From Wigglesworthia glossinidia endosymbiont of Glossina morsitans morsitans (Yale colony) (GTDB lineage Bacteria > Pseudomonadota > Gammaproteobacteria > Enterobacterales > Enterobacteriaceae), in contig NC_016893.1 in assembly GCF_000247565.1 (NCBI RefSeq), positions 360,001-392,000 of the forward strand: a stretch of 32,000 nt of DNA, in the 5' to 3' direction. The notes under the pieces are model-generated. The model worked only from the letters and a program-made list of their open reading frames with translations. It had not been told where the DNA came from and did not search any database. Each line of letters begins with the position of its first letter. Position 1 is the stretch's first letter. Positions 9,379 through 18,065 of this stretch are shown piece by piece. The translations under genes were made by a program, and so were the position numbers.

Positions 9379-9410
9379 ACGAGCGGTCAACTTAAAAAAT
9401 GAACGCTCGT
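9379..9410. other. Isolated GC-rich inverted repeat (7-bp stem ACGAGCG / CGCTCGT, 18-nt loop); possible minus-strand intrinsic terminator or relic
   Basis: The stem contains 5 G/C pairs in an intergenic region that is otherwise about 90% A+T. On the minus strand the stem is followed immediately by TTTTATTAG; on the plus strand it is followed by an A-run. It lies 130 nt downstream of the MarR-family gene and 86 nt upstream of gmk. Confidence 0.4.
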
Positions 9411-9495
9411 AAAATAAAAAAATAAATTATCTTTTTTTATAAAATATTATATAAAATATACTATTATAAACTCATTGTTCTATTCTTTTTTTTAT

Positions 9496-10131
9496 ATGTT
9501 GAAAAATATATCTTTTATTATAAGCGCACCAAGTGGTACTGGAAAATCAAGTTTAATTCAATCTTTTTTAAAAACAAATTTAGGACATAATTTTAGATTA
9601 ATAACATCATATACTACGAGAAATATACGTTCCGAAGAAATTCACGGAAAAGATTACTTCTTTATATCAAAAAGCAATTTTAAAAAAATGATTATCGAAA
9701 AAAATTTTTTAGAATATACTTATATATTTGGAAATTATTATGGAACACCTTTAAAAAATGTTAATAATCAAATAAATAACGGATTTCATATATTATTTGA
9801 TACTGATTTTTATGGAATGCAAAAAATTAAGCAATATATTCCTACTTCTATTAGCGTGTTTATATTACCCCCATCTCTTCAAGAGTTAGAAAATAGATTA
9901 AAAAATAGAAATAATAAAAAAGAAATAAAAAAATATACAAACTTAAAAATTCGTATTAATCAAGCAAAAATTGATGTACAGTTTTGTAACAAATATGATT
10001 TCATCTTAGTAAATGAAAATTTTAATCAAACTTTAAACGATTTTAAATGTATTATTTCTATAAAAAAATTTCAACTTTTGAAATATAAACAGTATATTAA
10101 AAATATAATAAATCAAATATTGAAAAATTAA
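9496..10131 (+). CDS. gmk: Guanylate kinase
   Basis: P-loop SAPSGTGKSSL, then TTR..R..E..G.DYFF and FGNYYGT, collinear with E. coli Gmk. The ATG at 9496 fits the homologous N-terminus better than the TTG at 9475. It lies upstream of rpoZ, as in E. coli. Confidence 0.9.
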   Translation: MLKNISFIISAPSGTGKSSLIQSFLKTNLGHNFRLITSYTTRNIRSEEIHGKDYFFISKSNFKKMIIEKNFLEYTYIFGNYYGTPLKNVNNQINNGFHILFDTDFYGMQKIKQYIPTSISVFILPPSLQELENRLKNRNNKKEIKKYTNLKIRINQAKIDVQFCNKYDFILVNENFNQTLNDFKCIISIKKFQLLKYKQYIKNIINQILKN

Positions 10132-10179
10132 TTTTTTTTTTTTAAAATTAAACTTTATTCAGGAAATTTTTAAATTCTC

Positions 10180-10377
10180 ATGGCTAGAGTAACAGTTCAA
10201 AAAGCAGTAGAAAAAATTGGAAATTGTTTTGATTTAGTTTTAGTAGCAGCTCAAAGAGCAAGAGAAATTCAAATATTGGGAAAAATACCTTTAGTAGAAA
10301 AAGCAAATGACAAATGTACAGTTATTGCTCTCAGAGAAATAGAAAAAGGATTAGTAGATCAATCTACTTTTGATTAA
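10180..10377 (+). CDS. rpoZ: RNA polymerase omega subunit (short, 65 aa)
   Basis: [31 protein letters not shown]...[12 protein letters not shown] closely matches the N-terminal two thirds of E. coli omega. Confidence 0.9.
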   Translation: MARVTVQKAVEKIGNCFDLVLVAAQRAREIQILGKIPLVEKANDKCTVIALREIEKGLVDQSTFD

Positions 10378-10431
10378 AAAGTTTATTTGTCCTCTAAAAA
10401 AATATTTAAAATACAAGGTTAAACTAATTAT

Positions 10432-10599
10432 TTATTTTATTTTTTTCTCATTATAAATTACATGCTTTCTAGCGATAGGGTCAAATTTTTTTATTTTTAT
10501 TTTTTTGTTACCAGAAGATTTATTTCTTGTGGTAGTATAAAAATGAGAAGTTCCTGCTGAAGATATTAACTTAATTATTTCTCTTTTAGATTTAGACAT
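10432..10599 (-). CDS. rpmG: 50S ribosomal protein L33 (not in the supplied ORF track)
   Basis: My manual minus-strand translation from the ATG at 10599 is [55 protein letters not shown], then stop (55 aa). Compare E. coli L33, KLVSSAGTGHFYTTTKN...KFDPVVRQHVIYKEAKIK. It lies directly downstream of rpmB. Confidence 0.9.
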   Translation of the reverse strand: MSKSKREIIKLISSAGTSHFYTTTRNKSSGNKKIKIKKFDPIARKHVIYNEKKIK

Positions 10600-10829
10600 A
10601 ATCTATAAATTTTTTTATTCTTTGATAATACTTTATTTATACCATATTTATCTATTAAACGCAATCCTTTGTTAGAAATACGCAAATTAATGAATTTCTT
10701 TTCTTTTTCTATCCAAAATCGATGAAAATGTAAATTTGGAAAAAATTTTCTTTTTTTTGCATTCATTGCATGAGAACGTCGATTACCGCTTAACGGTTTT
10801 TTTCCTGTTATTTGACAAATTTTTGACAT
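10575..10829 (-). CDS. rpmB: 50S ribosomal protein L28
   Basis: [39 protein letters not shown] matches E. coli L28 ([39 protein letters not shown]). The 3' end overlaps the rpmG start by 25 nt. Confidence 0.95.
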   Translation of the reverse strand: MSKICQITGKKPLSGNRRSHAMNAKKRKFFPNLHFHRFWIEKEKKFINLRISNKGLRLIDKYGINKVLSKNKKIYRLCLNLKEK

Positions 10830-11122
10830 AATATGTATGCGCCTTTCAAAATTTGAGTTTTATAATTTTATTGTAGTAATCAAATATTCATTAAATTTAC
10901 ATTGATGTAATTAAAAATAAGTTATATATTACAATTAATAAAAATTAGAATATTTATGCATTAAATATTCAATCAAAATTAATTTTTTTTATTAAAACAT
11001 ATCTTTTATTTAAAGTAAAAGTTTTTAATATAGTAACAATTGAAATATTTAAATATTATGCACGATAAAATTCTATTTGATTTATTAAAATCTACGAGCA
11101 TATTATAATACTACACTAGTAT

Positions 11123-12352
11123 ATGCAAATGAAAGAATTAATAAACAAAAATATTTTGCTAGGTATAAGCGGCAGTATTTCGGCTTATAAATCACTCGAC
11201 TTGATACGTAAATTACAAGATCAAGGCGCAAATGTACGCGTAGTTATGACAAGATCAGCACAGTCTTTTGTAACACCATTAAGTGCTGCAATATTATCTA
11301 ATCATGATGTTACGACTGATAATAACTTTAATAAAAACTATACTGTTAATCATATCGCAATTTCTAAGTGGCCAGATTTAATTATTATAGCACCAGCAAC
11401 TGCAAATATATTAGCTAAATTGTCATCCGGAATCTCTGATGACGTATTGAGTGCGATCTGTTTAGCTACTAATTCCACAATTGCAATATCACCTTCAATG
11501 AATACTAATATGTATTTAGCATCTGCCACACAAGAAAATTTAAAAAAACTAAATGCTCGCGGTATTTTATGTTGGGGTCCAGAATATGGCATTCAAGCTT
11601 GTGGAGATTGCGGATTAGGTCGAATGTTAAATATATCAGAATTGCTTGTATTAACAATTAAATATTTTAAATCTCATAATTGCGCTACAAAAAATTTAAA
11701 AATATTAATTACAGCAGGGCCTACTCGAGAACGCATTGATCCAGTACGTTTTATTAGTAATTATAGTTCCGGCAAAATGGGTTTCGCAATTGTTAAAGCC
11801 GCAATAGAAGAAGGTGCGCAAGTTACTTTGATTTCAGGCCCTGTAAGCTTACCTACACCGAAAGGAATTTTTAAAAAAATCAACGCTATAAGCGCATTCG
11901 ATATGTATAAAGCAGTGATGTTATCTATCAATAATCAAGATATTTTTATTGCTTGTGCAGCTATTACAGATTATCGTGTAGAAAATTTTTCTATTCAAAA
12001 AATAAAAAAAAAGCACAACAAACAATTAACACTAAAATTTATCAAAAACCCAGATATTTTGTCTGAAGTAGCTTCATTAAAATATAATAAACGTCCTTAT
12101 ATTGTAGGATTTTCTGCAGATACAGAAAACATAAAAAAAAATGCTCAAGAAAAACGTATTCGAAAAAATATAGATTTAATTTGTGCAAACGATATTTCAA
12201 AACCTAATCAAGGCTTTAATAGTAACTATAATGAATTACATTTATTTTGGAATCAAGGAAATATGATATTATCTATAAAAAATAAAATATCTCTTGCAAA
12301 AAAATTATTACATCAAATTATTGTTTTTTATGAAAAAAAAAATAAGTATTAA
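11123..12352 (+). CDS. coaBC: Bifunctional phosphopantothenoylcysteine decarboxylase / phosphopantothenate-cysteine ligase
   Basis: 409 aa, collinear with E. coli Dfp: GISGSISAYK, APATANILAK, ITAGPTRE.IDPVRFISN.SSGKMGFAI and IRKNIDLICANDIS. Confidence 0.95.
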   Translation: MQMKELINKNILLGISGSISAYKSLDLIRKLQDQGANVRVVMTRSAQSFVTPLSAAILSNHDVTTDNNFNKNYTVNHIAISKWPDLIIIAPATANILAKLSSGISDDVLSAICLATNSTIAISPSMNTNMYLASATQENLKKLNARGILCWGPEYGIQACGDCGLGRMLNISELLVLTIKYFKSHNCATKNLKILITAGPTRERIDPVRFISNYSSGKMGFAIVKAAIEEGAQVTLISGPVSLPTPKGIFKKINAISAFDMYKAVMLSINNQDIFIACAAITDYRVENFSIQKIKKKHNKQLTLKFIKNPDILSEVASLKYNKRPYIVGFSADTENIKKNAQEKRIRKNIDLICANDISKPNQGFNSNYNELHLFWNQGNMILSIKNKISLAKKLLHQIIVFYEKKNKY

Positions 12353-12791
12353 AATATTAGATCATGATTTTGGAAAAAAATTTCCATTACCTCAATATTA
12401 TACTAAAGGATCTTCTGGAATAGATTTACGTGCTTGTATTCGTAGTAATCTGCTAATAAAAGCTAATAATATTGCATTAATTTCTACTGGAATAGCGATG
12501 CATATTGCAGATCAAAACTTATCGGGGTTAATTTTACCAAGATCCGGACTGGCGCATAATCACGGTATAGTACTGTCGAATACGGTTGGCGTAATTGATT
12601 CAGATTATCAAGGTCCAATTTATCTATCCGTATTAAATAGAAGTAAGAAAGATTTTTTAATTTCTCCGGGAGATAGAATTGCTCAAATAATATTTGTTTG
12701 TATATCCCAAGTTTATTTAGATATAGTAACTGATTTTTGTCATCATACTGAAAGAAAAGATTCAGGTTTAGGTCATTCAGGAATTAAGTAA
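12330..12791 (+). CDS. dut: dUTP diphosphatase
   Basis: MKKKISIKILD..FPLPQYYTKGSSGIDLRAC...PRSGLAHNHGIVL.N.VGVIDSDYQG...GDRIAQ closely follows E. coli Dut. The ATG at 12330 aligns with E. coli's N-terminus; the track's TTG at 12294 adds 12 non-homologous residues. It overlaps the coaBC 3' end by 23 nt. Confidence 0.93.
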   Translation: MKKKISIKILDHDFGKKFPLPQYYTKGSSGIDLRACIRSNLLIKANNIALISTGIAMHIADQNLSGLILPRSGLAHNHGIVLSNTVGVIDSDYQGPIYLSVLNRSKKDFLISPGDRIAQIIFVCISQVYLDIVTDFCHHTERKDSGLGHSGIK

Positions 12792-12799
12792 TTTCAAAA

Positions 12800-13447
12800 T
12801 CATATTCCATATTTTATTTTATATTGCTTAATAGAGCATAGATCTGTTGTATGTACAATGTTTTTATTTTGTTCCAAAAACAAAATTAAATCTGTTAGTT
12901 TAATAATTGATTTTATTTTAAAATTAAAATTTTTTTGTAAATTTTTTATTGCAGATTGTTTGTATAGATCTTGCTCTTGACGGTCTAAAGCGATAATCAT
13001 TCCTGATAAATGAATCTCACTAGGATTCATAATGCTTATAATTTTTTGAATAGTTGACCCAGAAGTAACAACATCATCCATAAGAATAATTTTACCTTTT
13101 GGTCGTTTTCCAACAATTAATCCTTTTTCTCCATGATTCTTATATTCTTTTCTATTAAAACAAATACAAACATTTTGATTATAATCATACGACAAAATAA
13201 TAGAACTCGATAATGCAATAGCAATACCCTTATAAGATAAACCAAATAACATATCATAAGAAATTTTTGATTCTAGCAAAGTTTTTACGTACATTTTTCC
13301 TAAAAAAATTAAATCTTTTCCGCTATTAAATTTACTTATATCAAAAAAATAAGGACTAATACGTCCAGACTTCAGTATAAATTTACCAAATTGTAATGCG
13401 TTTTTATCTATCGCATATCGAATAAATTCATATTGATAATTTTTCAT
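12800..13447 (-). CDS. pyrE: Orotate phosphoribosyltransferase
   Basis: 215 aa. FGKFILKSGR.SPYFFD and the PRPP-binding motif IILMDDVVTSGST, collinear with E. coli PyrE. Confidence 0.93.
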   Translation of the reverse strand: MKNYQYEFIRYAIDKNALQFGKFILKSGRISPYFFDISKFNSGKDLIFLGKMYVKTLLESKISYDMLFGLSYKGIAIALSSSIILSYDYNQNVCICFNRKEYKNHGEKGLIVGKRPKGKIILMDDVVTSGSTIQKIISIMNPSEIHLSGMIIALDRQEQDLYKQSAIKNLQKNFNFKIKSIIKLTDLILFLEQNKNIVHTTDLCSIKQYKIKYGI

Positions 13448-13509
13448 AGAAATCCGTATTATTAAAAAATAAGTTAAAAAACATTCAATAATTTATAGTC
13501 ATATTAAAA

Positions 13510-13583
13510 TCGGCATGAAAGGATTTGAACCTCTGACCTCCGACACCCCATATCGGTGCGCTACCAGGCTGCGCTACATGCCG
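13510..13583 (-). tRNA. proL: tRNA-Pro (anticodon GGG)
   Basis: The reverse complement folds as a 74-nt cloverleaf: acceptor CGGCATG/CATGCCG, D-arm GCGC/GCGC, anticodon stem CCGAT/GTCGG, loop ATGGGGT (U33, GGG, G37) and T-arm AGAGG-TTCAAAT-CCTTT. It resembles E. coli proL. No CCA is encoded. Confidence 0.88.
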
Positions 13584-13681
13584 TATTATTTAAAATAAAT
13601 TAATTTTTTTCAAATTTTTTTGAATTAAAAAATAGTTTTCATTATAATAAATATATTTAAAATTTTTATATCAAAAATACT

Positions 13682-15169
13682 GTGTATTGTAATTTCTTTA
13701 AAAAAATTTTACAACATATAAAATGGAACAAATCATATTTGTTAGCATTTAGTGGTGGATTAGATTCTACAGTTTTATTAAACATTTTATCAAAATGTAT
13801 AAATACTTCAAAAGAAAAATTACATAAAAAAACACTAAAAATCCGAGCTATACATATTAATCATGGTTTACATAAACAATCTTCTGTTTGGGAAAAACAT
13901 TGTTCTTTGCAATGTATAAAATATCAAATTCCTTTTAAATCCATCCAAATATCTATAAAAGATTTTTCAGGAGGATTAGAAGCTGCAGCAAGACGTGCAC
14001 GTTATCAAGCATTATTTAATAATTTAAAATCTTCAGAAATTTTGCTAACTGCTCATCATCAAAATGATCAGATAGAAACTTTTTTTTTATTATTAAAAAG
14101 AGGAAGTGGGCCGCATGGTTTATCTGGAATGCAATTACATACAAGATATAAAAAAAATAATATCTTCAGACCATTTTTGTTATTTAAAAAAAGCGATATA
14201 AAGTTGTACGCCGTTAAAAATAAATTAGAATGGATCGAAGATTCAAGCAATGCCGATATTAAATATGATAGAAATTTCTTACGTATAAAAATAATTCCTG
14301 TATTACTAAAACGTTGGCCAAATTTAATAAATTCTATTGCTAATAGTATGAAGCTATGTTACGACCAAGAACAATTATTATATGAATGTTTACAAGAATC
14401 TCTGGATCATTTAATTTTAGCTGATGGCTCATTAAATTTTACTGAAATATTACATATGAGTAAAATAAAAAGATATTTTATTTTGCGTAGTTGGTTTTCA
14501 AAAAATTGTATGCATATGCCATCAATTAAACAAATTACTTATATTTGGAAAAACATTATTCTTAGCAAAATAGATGCTCAATCTGAATTAAAAATTGAAA
14601 AAAAAATTGTTAAAAGATTTAAAAAAAATTTATATTTTGTATCTGATCAATTAAAATCACCAAAAAAAGAAATTTCTTTATCCGTAAAAGAAATTTTTCA
14701 TACCAAAAAAGTTTACTTACCACTAGATTTAGGTATTTTATTCTTTAAACCTATCATATTTAATGAACAATTAATAAAAAAACTACAATATTTAAAAGAA
14801 AAAAATTTCTTAACTAAAAACTATGAAAATACATTAAGTTTTTTTTTAAAAAATAAATTTCAACGTATTCAAGAAAACATTTTTTATTTAAAAAATAGAT
14901 GCATTACCATCGTAAAATATCCACATTTTTATAAAAATATATTTTTAAAATTTAAAAATACTCAGAATATCTTATATATGCGTAAATCTATTAATAAAAA
15001 ATTAAAGCATAACTCGATTCCTCCTTGGGAGAGGAGTCGAATTCCGCTTTTATTTTACGATAACAATTTAATTTCTGCTCTTAGTGTATTTATTACTCCA
15101 TCGGGATATACAAAAAAAGATAATCAAGCAATTTTGTTATATTGGAAAAAATATAAAGTTATTAAATAA
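13682..15169 (+). CDS. tilS: tRNA(Ile)-lysidine synthase
   Basis: GTG start. The N-terminal PP-loop is LLAFSGGLDSTVLL, followed by the TilS-like HINHGL and AHHQNDQIET motifs. At 495 aa it is longer than E. coli TilS, because of Lys/Asn/Phe-rich segments in the C-terminal half. Confidence 0.85.
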   Translation: MYCNFFKKILQHIKWNKSYLLAFSGGLDSTVLLNILSKCINTSKEKLHKKTLKIRAIHINHGLHKQSSVWEKHCSLQCIKYQIPFKSIQISIKDFSGGLEAAARRARYQALFNNLKSSEILLTAHHQNDQIETFFLLLKRGSGPHGLSGMQLHTRYKKNNIFRPFLLFKKSDIKLYAVKNKLEWIEDSSNADIKYDRNFLRIKIIPVLLKRWPNLINSIANSMKLCYDQEQLLYECLQESLDHLILADGSLNFTEILHMSKIKRYFILRSWFSKNCMHMPSIKQITYIWKNIILSKIDAQSELKIEKKIVKRFKKNLYFVSDQLKSPKKEISLSVKEIFHTKKVYLPLDLGILFFKPIIFNEQLIKKLQYLKEKNFLTKNYENTLSFFLKNKFQRIQENIFYLKNRCITIVKYPHFYKNIFLKFKNTQNILYMRKSINKKLKHNSIPPWERSRIPLLFYDNNLISALSVFITPSGYTKKDNQAILLYWKKYKVIK

Positions 15170-15186
15170 ATTTAATATAAATTTAT

Positions 15187-17235
15187 TTATTTTTGAATTC
15201 CATAATACTTAAGAAAATAGTTGATTTTAGGTTTTCTTTTTTTAAATTTAAAAAATAAAATTAATGGATCTTCTGATCCTCCTTTAGATAAAAATGTTTT
15301 AAGAAAACGTTTTCCTATTTTAGGATTTAAAATTCCATATTTTTCAAATGTTGACCAAATATCTAACGATAGTGTGTTAGCCCATAAATAACTATAATAT
15401 CCAGATGCATATCCTCCGGAAAATATATGACTAAAAGTATTAGGAAAACATTCCCAATGAGCTCTTGGGGTAACAGAAATTTTGTTTTGTACTTGTTCGA
15501 GTATTTTATTTATTATATTTTGATCTTCTTTATCAAAAGAAGATAATAAGTGAATATTTAAATCAAACAAAGAAAACTCTAATTGACGTAAAATAAACAA
15601 GCTAGATTGATAAGATCGCATTTTTGATAAATTTTGAATAATAGATTTTGGTAACTTTTCATTAGTTTGATAATGTTTAGAAATTAACCGAATTGATTCT
15701 GGATGCCAACAATAATTTTCCATAAGCTGACTGGCGATTTCAACAGAATCCCATGGAATTCCATTAATTCCTGATACTCCGAGGGTTTCTACTGAGGTTA
15801 ATAAATGTTGTAAATTGTGTCCAAATTCATGAAATAATGTTACTACTTCTTTATGTAATAACAAGCTGGGACAATTTTTATATGGTTTACTAAAGTTGCA
15901 TATAATATATGTTATAGGTTTCTCTAAACTACCGTCTGATAAACGCATGCGACTGGAATAAAAATCCATCCAAGCCCCATCTTTTTTATTTTTTCGACTA
16001 TATAAATCTAAATAAAAACCTCCGAGAACTTGTTTTTGATTGTTAATAATTTCAAAAAAACGTACATTTTTGTCCCAAATATCTATATTTTTTTTTTCTA
16101 TTATATAAACTTTATAAAGAGATTCGACTATTGTGAATAATCCATGTAAAACTTGATTTTCTGGGAAAAAAACACGTAATTTTTCTTCGTCAATTTTAAA
16201 ATAATGTTTTTTTTGTTTTTCACTGTAATATGCAATATCCCATGGATTAAGAATATTTTTTTTGTAATTTTTTTTAACAAATTCATTTAATTTTTTTATT
16301 TCTAAAATTCCAATAGAATGTGTTTGATGATATATTGCATCTATAAATTTTAATACTTTTTTAGGGGATTTTGCTGTTTTTTTCATTAAAGATAATTCGG
16401 CATAATTTTTAAATCCTAGTATTTTTGCTAATCTATAACGTAATAACAAAATTTTATTAATTAATGGTCCGTTATCCCAATTTTTGAATTGTGGGTTTTG
16501 ATCTGATGCACGCGTGTGATAAGCGTAATATATTTCTTTTCTTAAATTTGAATTGTGACAATGTGTTAATATAGATATATAATTAATATGATTTAATTTT
16601 AAAATCCATCCAGATTTATCATTTTTTTGAGCATTTTTTTTTGCTTGATCGATTATATTATCTGGAATTCCTGATAGCTCTTCTTTATTGATTATATGCT
16701 TACTCCAACTTTGCATTGAATCTAGTATATTATTGCTGTATAACATACTTATAGATGCTAATTCAATTATAATTTCGGAAAATTTTTGTTTTTTTTCTTT
16801 AGATAAATTTACTCCTGATAATTCAAAATCTAAAACAGTATCGTTAATATATTTTTTTTGTTCTATGTTTAAAATTTTATATTGATTACTATTTTTTAGC
16901 TTAATAAAGGCTTCGTATAATTTATAATTTTGACCAATCCAGGTACTATATTCCGAAATTAGCATTAAACTTTTTTTATATTCATTTCGAAAACTTATCG
17001 TATTATTTATTAAATATAAATGAGAAATGGGAGACCAAACTTTATTTAAATAATTTTCTAATTCTAAAAATGGTTGACACAAATTTTTCCAAGAAAATTG
17101 AGATATTTCCGTTAAAATATGATAAATATTTTTATGGCATTTTTTTAATGCTGTCTGAACAGCAGGCAATACATGATGTGTTTGAATTAAAGAAAATTTA
17201 GGTAAACTTGATGTAAAAAGTAACGGGTTTTCCAT
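15187..17235 (-). CDS. prlC: Oligopeptidase A (M3 zinc metallopeptidase)
   Basis: 682 aa with the HEXXH zinc site in TLFHEFGHNLQH. Length and M3-family architecture match E. coli PrlC/OpdA. Confidence 0.88.
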   Translation of the reverse strand: MENPLLFTSSLPKFSLIQTHHVLPAVQTALKKCHKNIYHILTEISQFSWKNLCQPFLELENYLNKVWSPISHLYLINNTISFRNEYKKSLMLISEYSTWIGQNYKLYEAFIKLKNSNQYKILNIEQKKYINDTVLDFELSGVNLSKEKKQKFSEIIIELASISMLYSNNILDSMQSWSKHIINKEELSGIPDNIIDQAKKNAQKNDKSGWILKLNHINYISILTHCHNSNLRKEIYYAYHTRASDQNPQFKNWDNGPLINKILLLRYRLAKILGFKNYAELSLMKKTAKSPKKVLKFIDAIYHQTHSIGILEIKKLNEFVKKNYKKNILNPWDIAYYSEKQKKHYFKIDEEKLRVFFPENQVLHGLFTIVESLYKVYIIEKKNIDIWDKNVRFFEIINNQKQVLGGFYLDLYSRKNKKDGAWMDFYSSRMRLSDGSLEKPITYIICNFSKPYKNCPSLLLHKEVVTLFHEFGHNLQHLLTSVETLGVSGINGIPWDSVEIASQLMENYCWHPESIRLISKHYQTNEKLPKSIIQNLSKMRSYQSSLFILRQLEFSLFDLNIHLLSSFDKEDQNIINKILEQVQNKISVTPRAHWECFPNTFSHIFSGGYASGYYSYLWANTLSLDIWSTFEKYGILNPKIGKRFLKTFLSKGGSEDPLILFFKFKKRKPKINYFLKYYGIQK

Positions 17236-17344
17236 TTTGATAATCCTAATATAATAATTTAATTAAAGTTTTAGTATTTTTACAAATTATATTTTTTTAC
17301 AATTAAATAAAATATTAAAAGTTTATTTTATTAATATAAATATA

Positions 17345-18013
17345 TTATACTCCATAATCAGAAATTACTTCCAGTACGCCGTTAATAATAAATTGTACTC
17401 CCATGCAAACTAATAAGAATCCCATTAATCTAGAAATTGCTTCTATACCACTAGAACCTATTACATGCATAATAGCACTAGAACTACGTAAAGCAATCCA
17501 GACTATTATACTAATAATAAAAAAAACTAAAACTGGTGCTAAATCACTAATCCAGGATGAAAAATAAATATCTTCGTTTACTGTGGATACCCAACTAATA
17601 ATCATAGCTATAGTACCTGGACCAGCAGTGCTTGGCATAGCTAAAGGTACAAAAGCAATATTTGTCATTTTATTTTTACATGGATATTTAATTGTACTTT
17701 TTTTACGATGAGGTTCTTCATCTGAAGATGTAGAAAATAACATTCTAAATCCTATAAAAGAAACAATCAACCCTCCAGCGATTCTTAATCCTGAAATAGA
17801 AATACCAAATGTACTTAAAACTAATGTACCAGCATAAAATGTAACCATCATAATTGCGAAAACATATACTGACGCCATTCTAGCTTGTTGATTGCGTACT
17901 TCAGGTGTCATATTTTTGCTTAAACTTAAAAATAAAGCTACTGTAGTAAGTGGATTAACCAATGGCAAGAGTACCATTAAACCTAGACCGACGGCTTTAA
18001 ATAATTCAAACAT
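17345..18013 (-). CDS. marC: MarC (UPF0056 family integral membrane protein)
   Basis: 222 aa and multi-pass hydrophobic. It is strikingly close to E. coli MarC as I recall it: [80 protein letters not shown] and [30 protein letters not shown] lies 11 nt upstream of the ATG. Confidence 0.85.
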   Translation of the reverse strand: MFELFKAVGLGLMVLLPLVNPLTTVALFLSLSKNMTPEVRNQQARMASVYVFAIMMVTFYAGTLVLSTFGISISGLRIAGGLIVSFIGFRMLFSTSSDEEPHRKKSTIKYPCKNKMTNIAFVPLAMPSTAGPGTIAMIISWVSTVNEDIYFSSWISDLAPVLVFFIISIIVWIALRSSSAIMHVIGSSGIEAISRLMGFLLVCMGVQFIINGVLEVISDYGV

Positions 18014-18037
18014 ATAAATTCGTGTCTCCTAGACAAT

Positions 18038-18065
18038 TTGATACTTTGCTTGCGCAATATTTTAT
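18038..18065. promoter_or_regulatory. Candidate mar-operator-like palindrome embedded in possible divergent promoters upstream of marC
   Basis: TTGATA-CTTTGCTTGCGCAATA-TTTTAT. The 16-mer TTGCTTGCGCAATATT (18046-18061) matches 14 of 16 positions of the E. coli marO site I core TTGCCTGGGCAATATT, as recalled from memory. It contains a perfect palindrome, TTGCGCAA (18050-18057), in about 90% AT surroundings, 37 bp upstream of the marC ATG. The function is inferred only. Confidence 0.35.
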
